Made by a program: the position numbers and the translations under genes
From: Candidatus Uhrbacteria bacterium
GTDB lineage: Bacteria; Patescibacteriota; Patescibacteriia; UBA9934; GWF2-40-263
Assembly (NCBI GenBank): GCA_026395055.1
Contig: JAPLZK010000001.1
Coordinates: 17,527-81,526 of the forward strand
Length of the DNA: 64,000 nt
Direction of reading: 5' to 3'
Notes under the pieces: generated by a model
Seen by the model: only the letters and a program-made list of their open reading frames with translations
Databases searched by the model: none
Told to the model about the DNA's origin: nothing
Shown here: piece by piece, positions 38,667 to 47,487 of the stretch
Numbering within the stretch: position 1 is the first letter of the stretch
Layout of the letters: each line of letters begins with the position of its first letter

Positions 38667-40061
38667 ATGACAATTTTTATGATCACACGGAGAAATTTTA
38701 CAAAACTCATTGCGGCTCTTTCCCTTCTTTCCCTTTTGGGTGCAGGGTGTGGTGGGCCATCTGATGCACAGATTGCTGCGTCAAAACCCGTTAAACTTGT
38801 TGTTTGGCGTGTGTTTGATACACAAGACACCTTACAACCCATCATGACCGCGTATCAAAAAATTCACCCAAACGTTTCGTTTGAGTATCGTGAATTACGA
38901 TCCGATGAATTTAAAAACGAACTCTTGCGCGCACTTGCAGAAGGAAACGGTCCAGACATTTTCTCTCTCAACAATGCGTGGATTGGAGAATATCAATCCC
39001 TCATCACCCCGCTTCCCGCTTCCCTCAAAATTCCCTACTCAGAAGTTCGTGGAACCATCAAAAAAGAAACGGTTTATACCGTAAAAGAACAACCAAGCAT
39101 TTCTCTTCGTTCATTGAAAACAGATTTCGTAGACGTTGTAACCTCTGATGTTCTTCGTCCCTTTCAAGAAAATGCAAAGGCTCCTGTCTTAGATCGTATT
39201 TTCGGACTTCCTCTTGCCGTAGACAACCTCGCACTTTACTACAATAAAGATTTATTGAATGCCGCAGGATTCCCAGAACCCCCAAAAACATGGACAGATT
39301 TTCAAGCGCAAGCAACCAAACTCACCCACATTGGTGCAAACAATGAAATTTCACAGTCCGGTGCAGCGCTTGGAACAAGTAAAAATGTAGAGCGCGCATC
39401 AGATATTCTTTCTCTCCTCATGATGCAAAACGGAACGCAAATGACAGACGAACGCGGCGTTGCCATCTTTGCCGTTCCTGACACAAGCAGAAAAATCATG
39501 GCCTTAGACGCGTTAAACTTCTACACAGATTTTGCCAACCCAACAAAACAGGTTTACAGCTGGAATAAAACACAACCAAATTCCTTTGATGCATTCACTT
39601 CCGGAAAAACAGCGTTCTTCTTTGGCTATTCGTACCATGCACCACTCATTCGTGCAGCGGCTCCCAAACTCCCGTTCGCAATTGCAAGTATTCCACAAAT
39701 TGAAGGGGGGAAAAATGTGAACTATGCGAACTACTGGGTTGAAACAGTTTCAAAAGCTTCAACAAATCAAGATTTCGCTTGGGACTTTATCCAATTTGAA
39801 ACAAGTGCAGAGCAAGTCCCACAATACTTAAAGATTGCGCGCAAACCAACCGCACGTCGCGCACTTATCAATTCACAAATGCAAGACGAAGATCTTTCCA
39901 TCTTTGCTTCACAACTCCTCACGGCAAAAAGTTGGTATAAAGGGAAAAATGCCACGGTTGCAGAAAGTGCAATGCTTGATCTCATTGATTCTGCTCTTGC
40001 CGGAGACGACCAACAACAATCCATCCAAGCAGCACAAAACAAGGTAAATCAGACGCTGTAG
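38667..40061 (+). CDS. ABC-transporter-type extracellular solute-binding lipoprotein (SBP family 1), orphan
   Basis: Lipobox LLGAGCGG; SBP_bac_1-like fold length; no permease or ATPase genes adjacent. Confidence 0.65.
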   Translation: MTIFMITRRNFTKLIAALSLLSLLGAGCGGPSDAQIAASKPVKLVVWRVFDTQDTLQPIMTAYQKIHPNVSFEYRELRSDEFKNELLRALAEGNGPDIFSLNNAWIGEYQSLITPLPASLKIPYSEVRGTIKKETVYTVKEQPSISLRSLKTDFVDVVTSDVLRPFQENAKAPVLDRIFGLPLAVDNLALYYNKDLLNAAGFPEPPKTWTDFQAQATKLTHIGANNEISQSGAALGTSKNVERASDILSLLMMQNGTQMTDERGVAIFAVPDTSRKIMALDALNFYTDFANPTKQVYSWNKTQPNSFDAFTSGKTAFFFGYSYHAPLIRAAAPKLPFAIASIPQIEGGKNVNYANYWVETVSKASTNQDFAWDFIQFETSAEQVPQYLKIARKPTARRALINSQMQDEDLSIFASQLLTAKSWYKGKNATVAESAMLDLIDSALAGDDQQQSIQAAQNKVNQTL

Positions 40062-40065
40062 AATT

Positions 40066-40629
40066 ATGAAAAAACTTGCCTACATCTTTCTCACCCTTGT
40101 TCTTCTTATCGCTCCGTCGATAAGCAGAGCAGCGTATGTGAGCGATAATTGTCCGGGTGACCCACTTTCCCTAACCGTACGTTGCCCAAAAGAAAGCGTG
40201 GGTTGGTTTATGCAAGGGATTACAAACGCCTGCGGAAATGCTGGCAACTGCACACTGGGAGACATGATGATCGTCACCGCAAACGTTGGAAACTTTGTTC
40301 TCAAAATTATTGCCGCGATCGTTTTGTTCATGTATGTCCTTGGTGGATTCTGGTATCTTATTTCCCACGGAGATCCAAAACTTGTTGATAAAGGGAAAAC
40401 GGCCTTACGCGTTTCAACCATAGGCTTACTGATCGTCATGTTTGCCTACCTTGGTGTTAAAACACTTTACGCCGCCTTAACAGGAACGACCGTTGATACA
40501 ACAACCGTCGTATGTGACGGAACAAATGATGGAAAACAGTGTGGAAAAATTAGTACATGTCAGCAAGGAGCTTGTTACATTGATGCAGGAACAACCGCAG
40601 ATGCCATAAAAAACTTTTTCAACAAATGA
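40066..40629 (+). CDS. Sec-secreted small protein with C-terminal double-TM hairpin (VirB2/TrbC-like topology), paralog 1
   Basis: Signal peptide, Cys-rich N-terminal region, conserved GGFxY(L/M)xxGGDxxKVxKxK block between two hydrophobic helices, Cys-rich tail. Confidence 0.6.
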   Translation: MKKLAYIFLTLVLLIAPSISRAAYVSDNCPGDPLSLTVRCPKESVGWFMQGITNACGNAGNCTLGDMMIVTANVGNFVLKIIAAIVLFMYVLGGFWYLISHGDPKLVDKGKTALRVSTIGLLIVMFAYLGVKTLYAALTGTTVDTTTVVCDGTNDGKQCGKISTCQQGACYIDAGTTADAIKNFFNK

Positions 40630-40630
40630 T

Positions 40631-40972
40631 ATGTCTTCTCAGCGCCTTAAGTATTTCTTTCTGAGCATTTGTCTGCTTCTCTTACCACAACTTGCTTCTG
40701 CCGAACTCATCAATCCTCTCGGTTCCGGAATCACCATTGAAAGTTTTATCGGTCGCCTCATTAAATTTCTCCTAGGACTTTCTGGATCGGTCGCGCTTCT
40801 CATGTTTGTCTGGGGAGGATTTCAATATCTATGGTCCGGAGGGGATCCAAAGAAGGTTGAAAAAGGAAAAGAGACGCTCAAGAATGCCGTCCTTGGAATC
40901 GTGATCATCTTTTTCGCCTACACGCTTGTAAATTCGCTCATCAAAGTTCTCTCAAGTGGAGCATTGACATAG
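40631..40972 (+). CDS. VirB2/TrbC-like small secreted membrane protein, paralog 2
   Basis: Same architecture and conserved motif (WGGFQYLWSGGDPKKVEKGK); 1-nt intergenic gap to paralog 1. Confidence 0.6.
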   Translation: MSSQRLKYFFLSICLLLLPQLASAELINPLGSGITIESFIGRLIKFLLGLSGSVALLMFVWGGFQYLWSGGDPKKVEKGKETLKNAVLGIVIIFFAYTLVNSLIKVLSSGALT

Positions 40973-41009
40973 GCATGTGGATATCTTTCCATATCAAAAA
41001 TTCCAAAAA

Positions 41010-41045
41010 AACGATAAAATATCTTTATCGTTTTTTCATATTCAA
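41010..41045 (+). terminator. terminator after paralog 2
   Basis: AAACGATAAA-ATATCT-TTATCGTTTTTT. Confidence 0.55.
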
Positions 41046-41097
41046 TTTTTTAACTCTGTCCGTTCGGGTTAGGCTTGCCTTTCCCCTACCAATCTTT

Positions 41098-41538
41098 ATG
41101 AACACGCTTTCAAAGAAACACCTTGGTTACGTTCTTGGTGCCGCCGTCGCCCTTTCACTCATGCTTCCAGCCGTTCTTGGACTTGCACATCCTGCACAAG
41201 CTGCAGCGTTAACTCAAGACCAGCTATTTGGCGGAACAGCAGGAAGCGATGCAACCTTTGCAGACACAGCAGGTCTCAGCACCGGAGGTTCAGGCGGACT
41301 TGTTGGAACCATCGGAGCCATCATTAAAACAGCCATGGGATTCCTGGGAATTATCGCGGTTATCATCATTCTTCTCGGAGGATTTAAATGGATGACTTCT
41401 GGTGGAAACGACGAAAAGGTTAAGAAAGCAAAACAACTCATCTTCCAAGGAATTATCGGACTTGTCATCGTCCTTTCTGCATACGCCATCGCAACATTCG
41501 TTATCTCAAACATCGTTACCGCAACAAGCGCAGGGTAA
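41098..41538 (+). CDS. VirB2/TrbC-like small secreted membrane protein, paralog 3
   Basis: Signal peptide ending AHPAQA, Ala/Gly/Thr-rich region, motif LGGFKWMTSGGNDEKVKKAK; start at MNTLSKK. Confidence 0.6.
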   Translation: MNTLSKKHLGYVLGAAVALSLMLPAVLGLAHPAQAAALTQDQLFGGTAGSDATFADTAGLSTGGSGGLVGTIGAIIKTAMGFLGIIAVIIILLGGFKWMTSGGNDEKVKKAKQLIFQGIIGLVIVLSAYAIATFVISNIVTATSAG

Positions 41539-41544
41539 TCAAAA

Positions 41545-41582
41545 AAAACAAACTCCCCATTGCCTTCAATGGGGATTTGCAT
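41545..41582 (+). terminator. terminator after paralog 3
   Basis: TCCCCATTG-CCTT-CAATGGGGA. Confidence 0.5.
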
Positions 41583-41617
41583 GAGGTGATTTCTAAAAAT
41601 CCTCTCATGTGAATCTT

Positions 41618-41898
41618 ATGAAGCGACTCGCGATTTATTTTCTGGTTTCAATCAGTCACTCAGTCTTCCTGCATTAATCGGTCGAGGACTTGCTGTTCTC
41701 CTCGGTTTAATCGGAATCATCTTTGTTGTCTATATCATCTGGGCTGGTATCATGTATATGACCGCAGCGGGAGACGATACGAAGGTAAAAAAAGCAAAGG
41801 CAATGATTACGCAATCCGTAATCGGAATCATCATTATGGTTGGTGCTTATGCCATCTCAAACTTCGTCATCACACAACTAACAAACGCCGTAAAATAA
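41618..41898 (+). pseudogene. frameshifted/truncated copy of the pilin-like gene (paralog 4)
   Basis: ATG ORF gives only MKRLAIYFLVSISHSVFLH before a stop. The +2 frame continues ...LPALIGRGLAVLLGLIGIIFVVYIIWAGIMYMTAAGDDTKVKKAKAMITQS..., ~70% identical to paralog 5. Confidence 0.6.
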
Positions 41899-41923
41899 AA
41901 TTTTAAAAAAACTATCTATCTAT

Positions 41924-42328
41924 ATGTTAAAAGCAAGTTACCTCAAGTTCGGAGCAATGGTCGGATCCCTTCCCGTTTTGTTCTTACCAGCAGCTGTTTT
42001 TGCAGCACCTCCAGCAGGCACAGGACTTAGCGCAGCAAAAACATCTCTTGATACCGTAAAAACAGAAGCGGGTGTTACGGCAGGCGCAGCAGATTTGCCA
42101 ACACTTATTGGACGTATCATTGCTGTATTGCTCGGTGTCATGGGAATCATCTTGGTTGTCTACGTTATCATGGCAGGTATTACTTATATGACAGCAGGTG
42201 GTGATGACACAAAGGTAAAGAAAGCAAAAGCAATGATTCAAACTTCTGTGGTCGGTATCATCATCATCGTCGCAGCTTACGCCATCTCTTCATTCGTCAT
42301 TGCTCAAATCACAACAGCAACAGGTTAA
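41924..42328 (+). CDS. VirB2/TrbC-like small secreted membrane protein, paralog 5
   Basis: Signal peptide, Ala/Gly/Thr-rich linker, motif YMTAGGDDTKVKKAKAM, second hydrophobic helix. Confidence 0.6.
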   Translation: MLKASYLKFGAMVGSLPVLFLPAAVFAAPPAGTGLSAAKTSLDTVKTEAGVTAGAADLPTLIGRIIAVLLGVMGIILVVYVIMAGITYMTAGGDDTKVKKAKAMIQTSVVGIIIIVAAYAISSFVIAQITTATG

Positions 42329-42331
42329 TCG

Positions 42332-42370
42332 CAAGCGCAAAACAGAACGCATTATCGCGTTCTGTTTTTT
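42332..42370 (+). terminator. terminator after paralog 5
   Basis: CAGAACGC-ATTAT-CGCGTTCTG followed by TTTTTTT. Confidence 0.6.
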
Positions 42371-42441
42371 TATTCCAATGAAAAAGCCCCGACACCCATC
42401 CAGCGATTTGCTGATTGGATGCCGAGGCGAGAGTGACGATG

Positions 42442-43332
42442 TCAGTACGTGGTGTCACCGGTGCGTGCGCTGATTTGCGGACGACCGGATTGATCATGAC
42501 TGACCGAGTTTTCGTGGAATAAGAGACGTTTTGGATTTCCCCAGACCGTTTCGACACGCGAGATTCCAGGTGCAACCATGACCGCAACAGTCTTGATTGG
42601 GACCAAGAATATGAGTTCGATCGTGTCACCGGGCTGATAACCTACGTAGATGCTGTCAGGGCCGCTTGGATCGAACCCTCGTACCGGCATCTCATCTTCC
42701 TTTCTGTCGCCATCCAGATCCACGTAGAAATCCATGAATCGAACACCGGAGGGTGGCGGACCTTTGTAGGCAACCGCGAGTGTTTGGCCGTTTTTCTTCA
42801 CGACCACTCGCTGCAGACCAGATCGACCGAACCATTTTACCGCACCTTGATTGATTGAGTAGACTTCCACGCGAAATGGAGATCCACCAAACATATCCCA
42901 AGTTGCGGCCGCATTACTGCCGGGAGGATCAATGGTTTGAAACGGTGCGCCACCCATCCAGAACGGAGGCATTTCCTCCTGAGGCGAGGTGGAAGTTGCT
43001 TGGGCTGGAGGAGGAACATGCTTTGGAGCAGATTCGAGGGCCTGAGCCGTCTTCGACACGCGTTCGAGAGCCGCTTCGACCTTGTCGCTCCGCAGACTCT
43101 CCACTTGCGCTTTGAGCTGCAGAACCTTGAGGTCGACGTCTTTCTTGCAGTCCGCCGCAGAAAGCGCAATCGAGATTTTCAGGCTCGTCGGCGCCGTGTA
43201 CGGATCGTACTTCTTGTCGCACGCAGCCTTGTCAGCCGCGATCTGCGCCTCCGTCGGGATCACCACCGCTTGCGCAAGGGCAATCGAAGAAGACGAGAGG
43301 AACAGAACCAAAACGATGATGGACTTGAACAT
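42442..43332 (-). CDS. secreted hypothetical protein in the GC-rich island
   Basis: 296 aa; Sec signal peptide (LSSSSIALAQA); GC-rich codon usage unlike the flanks. Confidence 0.5.
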   Translation of the reverse strand: MFKSIIVLVLFLSSSSIALAQAVVIPTEAQIAADKAACDKKYDPYTAPTSLKISIALSAADCKKDVDLKVLQLKAQVESLRSDKVEAALERVSKTAQALESAPKHVPPPAQATSTSPQEEMPPFWMGGAPFQTIDPPGSNAAATWDMFGGSPFRVEVYSINQGAVKWFGRSGLQRVVVKKNGQTLAVAYKGPPPSGVRFMDFYVDLDGDRKEDEMPVRGFDPSGPDSIYVGYQPGDTIELIFLVPIKTVAVMVAPGISRVETVWGNPKRLLFHENSVSHDQSGRPQISARTGDTTY

Positions 43333-43435
43333 GAGGAACTCCTGTTGGCCCGAGTCGGACCATGCGTCAGGGCGAGCGCTTATCTCTGCCCCGACTTTGT
43401 CTTTTCAGACCGACTCAGAACCACTCCTCGTCGAT

Positions 43436-44005
43436 CTACTTTTTCTTCAACACATCACGAACGATGATCACCTGATCTCGCTCGATGCGATCCAGACGCT
43501 GTTCGATCGCACTATCACCCGAACCACCACCTTTTGGTTGACTCGTTTGATAGTATTGACCTTGGCTGAGCAGCGGAAGTCCAGGCGCGTAGCCCATACT
43601 TGCCGCTTCAGCTGCCATCATGGCCGGAGAAGATCCGTTCATGTTGGCGCCGTACATTCCGCCCATGCCGAACATCGTCCACCCAGCCTGCACGTCAGAC
43701 CGAGAGGCATCCTGACCGAGCGTCACGGGCATCTTTTTTTCGATTGCCCGCAGTGCCACCTCGCCCGTTTGCAGGGTTTGGAGGCGACGATTCTGCTCTG
43801 CCAAGATCTGGGAGGCGCCACTCGCCGTGCCAGAATAGGTGGCTTCCGTTTGCAGGGTTTGGAGGCGACGATTCTGCTCTGCCAAGATCTGGGAGGCGCC
43901 ACTCGCCGTGCCAGAATAGGTGGCTTCCAATTGCCCGTCTTTTCCGGGCTTGAGTGTTGCGCAGCCTGCGCAGAGCACCAGAAACAGTGCCAGCAGCTTT
44001 TGCAT
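43436..44005 (-). CDS. lipoprotein with perfect 27-aa tandem repeat
   Basis: Lipobox LVLCAGC; EATYSGTASGASQILAEQNRRLQTLQT repeated twice (81-nt perfect DNA tandem duplication at 43767-43928); Gly/Met-rich middle. Confidence 0.55.
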   Translation of the reverse strand: MQKLLALFLVLCAGCATLKPGKDGQLEATYSGTASGASQILAEQNRRLQTLQTEATYSGTASGASQILAEQNRRLQTLQTGEVALRAIEKKMPVTLGQDASRSDVQAGWTMFGMGGMYGANMNGSSPAMMAAEAASMGYAPGLPLLSQGQYYQTSQPKGGGSGDSAIEQRLDRIERDQVIIVRDVLKKK

Positions 44006-44263
44006 GGCCGTCCTTTTGCCGACTTGTCACGTGACTGTCGGTTCTAAGAATCTGTTTGCCCAAACCATTTGAGCAAATAGGGATTCGATTGAAGGTACGA
44101 AAAAGCTTTGAAACCGTTCTTTCAAGCCTTTTTCGCCATTTCAATCGTTCTTATCAACTGACAACTATACCACAAAAAAGCCATTTTGTCAAGGTATTAT
44201 GGGCTTTTCCTTGACTTTTGCGTCGATTTCTCCTGTAATACACTCATACGAGTGGGAGGAAGG

Positions 44264-44671
44264 ATGGAAAACGAACCCTACGGAAACCTTACACATTTAT
44301 GGCGATTTCACGAAGTTGAGGAGTCGTATCAGATCCTTCTTCGGACCGCACGCAAAGTCATCAAAGAACGCCAATTCTCTGGCACCTTTCTTGCAGAAGA
44401 CCTGTATGCACGTGATCGCCTCTTTGGCTCCGTGCGATCCACTGGAGCTCGCCCACAAAAAGACGTGGCTCCAAAATGGAACGAACTCATTCGTCTATTT
44501 CAGCAACCTTGGTCTCAGGAAACAGAAGAAGCACAAACACTTCTCCTCATTCGAGGGTTTCTCTCTCACGCCGTCACGCGTGGCGACCTGAGGCGCGCCC
44601 AGCTTGTTGGCTCTCAACATGACGTCCGCGGATTCGCCTTTGTCGAAAAGACACCATCAAATAGTACATGA
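44264..44671 (+). CDS. hypothetical protein
   Basis: ~135 aa from MENEPYG with GGAGGAAGG SD 3 nt upstream of the ATG; the track ORF begins earlier at 44186. Confidence 0.4.
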   Translation: MENEPYGNLTHLWRFHEVEESYQILLRTARKVIKERQFSGTFLAEDLYARDRLFGSVRSTGARPQKDVAPKWNELIRLFQQPWSQETEEAQTLLLIRGFLSHAVTRGDLRRAQLVGSQHDVRGFAFVEKTPSNST

Positions 44672-44756
44672 ATCTCTTCCCCACTCAATTGCTGTTGCAA
44701 TGGGTGGTCTTTTTTTTCAAAAAAAAATCGACGTGATTAAACACATCGATCAGATC

Positions 44757-47225
44757 TTATTCTCCTGAATTCACACGAGCACACAGTTCAGGCGAGAGAT
44801 GAAGACTCTCACACGTCTTATGTGGACGCGAATGCGATACAGGGTACTTTTGTTGCACATGCGAAGACGCAGGTGTCGCCGTGGGAACGGGCTGCGAAAT
44901 CACAAGGGGGTTTGACACACCTTGCTGCACAACGGGTGGCGGAGCAAAGAGCACGGCCAACCAATCCGCGGACGAACTGGCTTGGGTTTTCTTTTCAAAG
45001 AATGCATTGATGTGTGACCCTGTCCATGTCCATGTTGCGAGAAACATGAGCAGAACGAATCCCATTCCCCAAACCCATTTGTTTGGTGGTCGACGCAGAA
45101 TCTCTACATCAACTCCATTCTCACTTCTTCGCTTTTTGATATGCAACCAGCGCACAGCCAATGCAATCAAAGGTCCTGCTGTGCAGAGAATGGCAACAAA
45201 CTGTGTGATTTTCGAATTTTCGAACCACTCTTTAACCTTCGAGAAGGGAGTGCCTGAATTTTGTGAAATGAGAACTATTACAGTTACAAGGAATACAATT
45301 AGCGTGAGAGCTCTGAACAAACGCATGGTTTTAGCCGCATTTTGACGAGCCTCCTCAGTAAACTCATACCCAGACAATCCCATTTGAGATGCGAGGGCGA
45401 AAAAGGTGGGGACGCAGATCACGAGGCGCAAAAGCCACGGGGTACTCACGGAGAGCAGGACCATGAAGATGCCAACATGAATGGCAATGAACATGATGAG
45501 GATGCGCCCCTTATTGACGAGCCAATCCTTTTCAAGGTTCGGGAAGAACCGCGTCACAAGTGACAGGAGTCCCTGAATAGCCGTAAAGGAAAACAGTTCC
45601 AAGCACGCGAGGATTCCGCCACCGGCAACAAGTGCCGTTGCGAATTCATTCGGTGTCAACCGTTCCATGACATCTGCCGTCACAAAGACAGTACCAGCAA
45701 TTCCCGTCGTAATGCCGAGCACTACGAAAAGGAACCGAGTCCATCCTGCGAAATTCCACGCGAGTGCGAGGGAAAGCAGACATGGCATGAGGAAGAGAAC
45801 ATCCAAGGAAGAAGCCTCGATTGGACGCGTCAGGCTTACACCAAACGCACCAAGCATCACGAGACTCAGGAACATTGCGAACAATGCCGTGAATCCAATG
45901 GCACTTGCAAGCGCAATCTTTCCGGCCGCATGTGCAACCGTTCCGATCGCATCTTCCAGTCGATTTGCAACAGGGGCAGCCGTAGTGGCCGCTGTTCCTG
46001 TCACACCTTCGAGAATCGCCTTCGCCCGCGTAAACGCATGGCGAATTTGGTTTTCGACGGTGAGCGTTGCGCCCATCCAGGTCTGCACATACTCGTAAAT
46101 GCTCGCAATCTGTTCCGCGGAAAATTGAGTTTCCCCATCCGCGACCACAAAATGCATGCCGAGCGTGTTGATGCGACTTGGACGTGATGCCAAATCGGAG
46201 AGCAAATCACGCCCTTTGCGCTGTTCATGCTCAGGTTTGTCATGCATCGTCAGAGCCCAGGAGACTTGGAACGTGTGTCCCGCATCATCGAGCCTTTCTT
46301 CTTTCGATGGCGTAGGAGCTTTCGGTTCCGTAAGCCTCAAAAGCAAACTGATGGTTGCGGGATCTGTTCCCGTAAATTCCATCCGACGAATCGCGTCCGC
46401 GATCGGAAGATCTTCGATATTCAGCGCGAGGAAGCACAATCGCTTGTACTCATCGTCCGTCACATCTTCTTCCACAACGCGCGGCGGTCCGATCTTGTCA
46501 TCCTTTTGCTTTTGACCAGGAGTCGTTTTGGATTTCGTCCGCTTAACGTTCGCGATCCGCTCTTGCTTGAGGGCTTGAAACTTTGCCCCTTTGCAACACG
46601 GCAGACCGAGTCTGTCTGTACGGATCGTACGTGTACCATCTGCGGCAACGTCATACTCGTACTCAAAGATGTCGGCCGGCGCCGTGCCATAAGGCGGCAA
46701 ATACGCAACCCGATCCAGTGAACCAGGTTTCTGAGGTGACCGGGCCGAATCATCTGAAACGATTTCCGACACACTTGCTTTCACATGTGCCTCAAAACCA
46801 TCGCCAAGAGCTTCCGCTCCACCCACCAAAATGCGTGGGGCGAGATTCTGCAAGGCAAAACGGATTTGATGCATGACCGGATTCTTTTCTTCCGGCATAA
46901 ACTTTCCCCAATCCATTTTCTGCATCCATGCCGCGATTCCGGCACCAATGCCCGTAAGCGCGAGTCCGGTTGCTTTTGTGCCAAATGCGTTTTGGATGAA
47001 GAGAAGCGTCTTGCTGTTACGCAGACGTGTAATCGCATCGAAGAGAATGTTATGGGTGTTGTCCCCATTCGCAATCCCTTCTTTGATGTACTGAGAGAGC
47101 GTCTCGTGAAAGTACCGCTCTACCACTTCTCCGCCAGCTTCTTTGCCAATCGATGACCAGTCAAACATGACCTTCTCCTTGTGTGCGGCACTTTGCCGTG
47201 TAATGTAGAGAACAAAACGCCGCAC
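44757..47225 (-). CDS. large hypothetical membrane protein (N-terminal ~420-aa soluble domain + ~10 TM C-terminal domain)
   Basis: 822-aa ORF, multiple strongly hydrophobic helices; no recognisable family; high GC. Confidence 0.55.
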   Translation of the reverse strand: MRRFVLYITRQSAAHKEKVMFDWSSIGKEAGGEVVERYFHETLSQYIKEGIANGDNTHNILFDAITRLRNSKTLLFIQNAFGTKATGLALTGIGAGIAAWMQKMDWGKFMPEEKNPVMHQIRFALQNLAPRILVGGAEALGDGFEAHVKASVSEIVSDDSARSPQKPGSLDRVAYLPPYGTAPADIFEYEYDVAADGTRTIRTDRLGLPCCKGAKFQALKQERIANVKRTKSKTTPGQKQKDDKIGPPRVVEEDVTDDEYKRLCFLALNIEDLPIADAIRRMEFTGTDPATISLLLRLTEPKAPTPSKEERLDDAGHTFQVSWALTMHDKPEHEQRKGRDLLSDLASRPSRINTLGMHFVVADGETQFSAEQIASIYEYVQTWMGATLTVENQIRHAFTRAKAILEGVTGTAATTAAPVANRLEDAIGTVAHAAGKIALASAIGFTALFAMFLSLVMLGAFGVSLTRPIEASSLDVLFLMPCLLSLALAWNFAGWTRFLFVVLGITTGIAGTVFVTADVMERLTPNEFATALVAGGGILACLELFSFTAIQGLLSLVTRFFPNLEKDWLVNKGRILIMFIAIHVGIFMVLLSVSTPWLLRLVICVPTFFALASQMGLSGYEFTEEARQNAAKTMRLFRALTLIVFLVTVIVLISQNSGTPFSKVKEWFENSKITQFVAILCTAGPLIALAVRWLHIKKRRSENGVDVEILRRPPNKWVWGMGFVLLMFLATWTWTGSHINAFFEKKTQASSSADWLAVLFAPPPVVQQGVSNPLVISQPVPTATPASSHVQQKYPVSHSRPHKTCESLHLSPELCARVNSGE

Positions 47226-47451
47226 ACGATTTTTGTGTCACACGGAACTTCCGCATGAATAAATCGCATTCGTTCGCGTTTGGTATTCCTCAGTTTGGCG
47301 CGACTTTGCACCGTGAAGAATACGCCCGTTATACCTGATTTTCCTCATTTTGTCAACTGTTTCTGGCATAAAATGTTACTAAAACAAAACAAAAATCGAT
47401 CATTTGATCGATTTGTTCTAAAAAACTGACAGATATTGTGCCCCCTCCTTC

Positions 47452-47487
47452 ACAAGGAAGGGGTTAGGAGGTGGTCTCATGGGTGGT
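47452..47487 (+). repeat. GC-hairpin + SD-like element (CCCCCTCCTT-CACA-AGGAAGGGG TTAGGAGGTGGTC), copy 2
   Basis: About 90% identical over ~37 nt to the reverse complement of 9456-9491; sits immediately 3' of the oxidoreductase stop. Confidence 0.6.

Noticed and set aside
42837-44144. Many 60-320-aa ORFs on both strands (e.g. 43082-44047, 42937-43467, 43695-44144)
   Set aside because: Typical spurious long ORFs of GC-rich DNA; Arg/Ala/Pro-rich, overlapping better-supported secreted-protein and lipoprotein genes.
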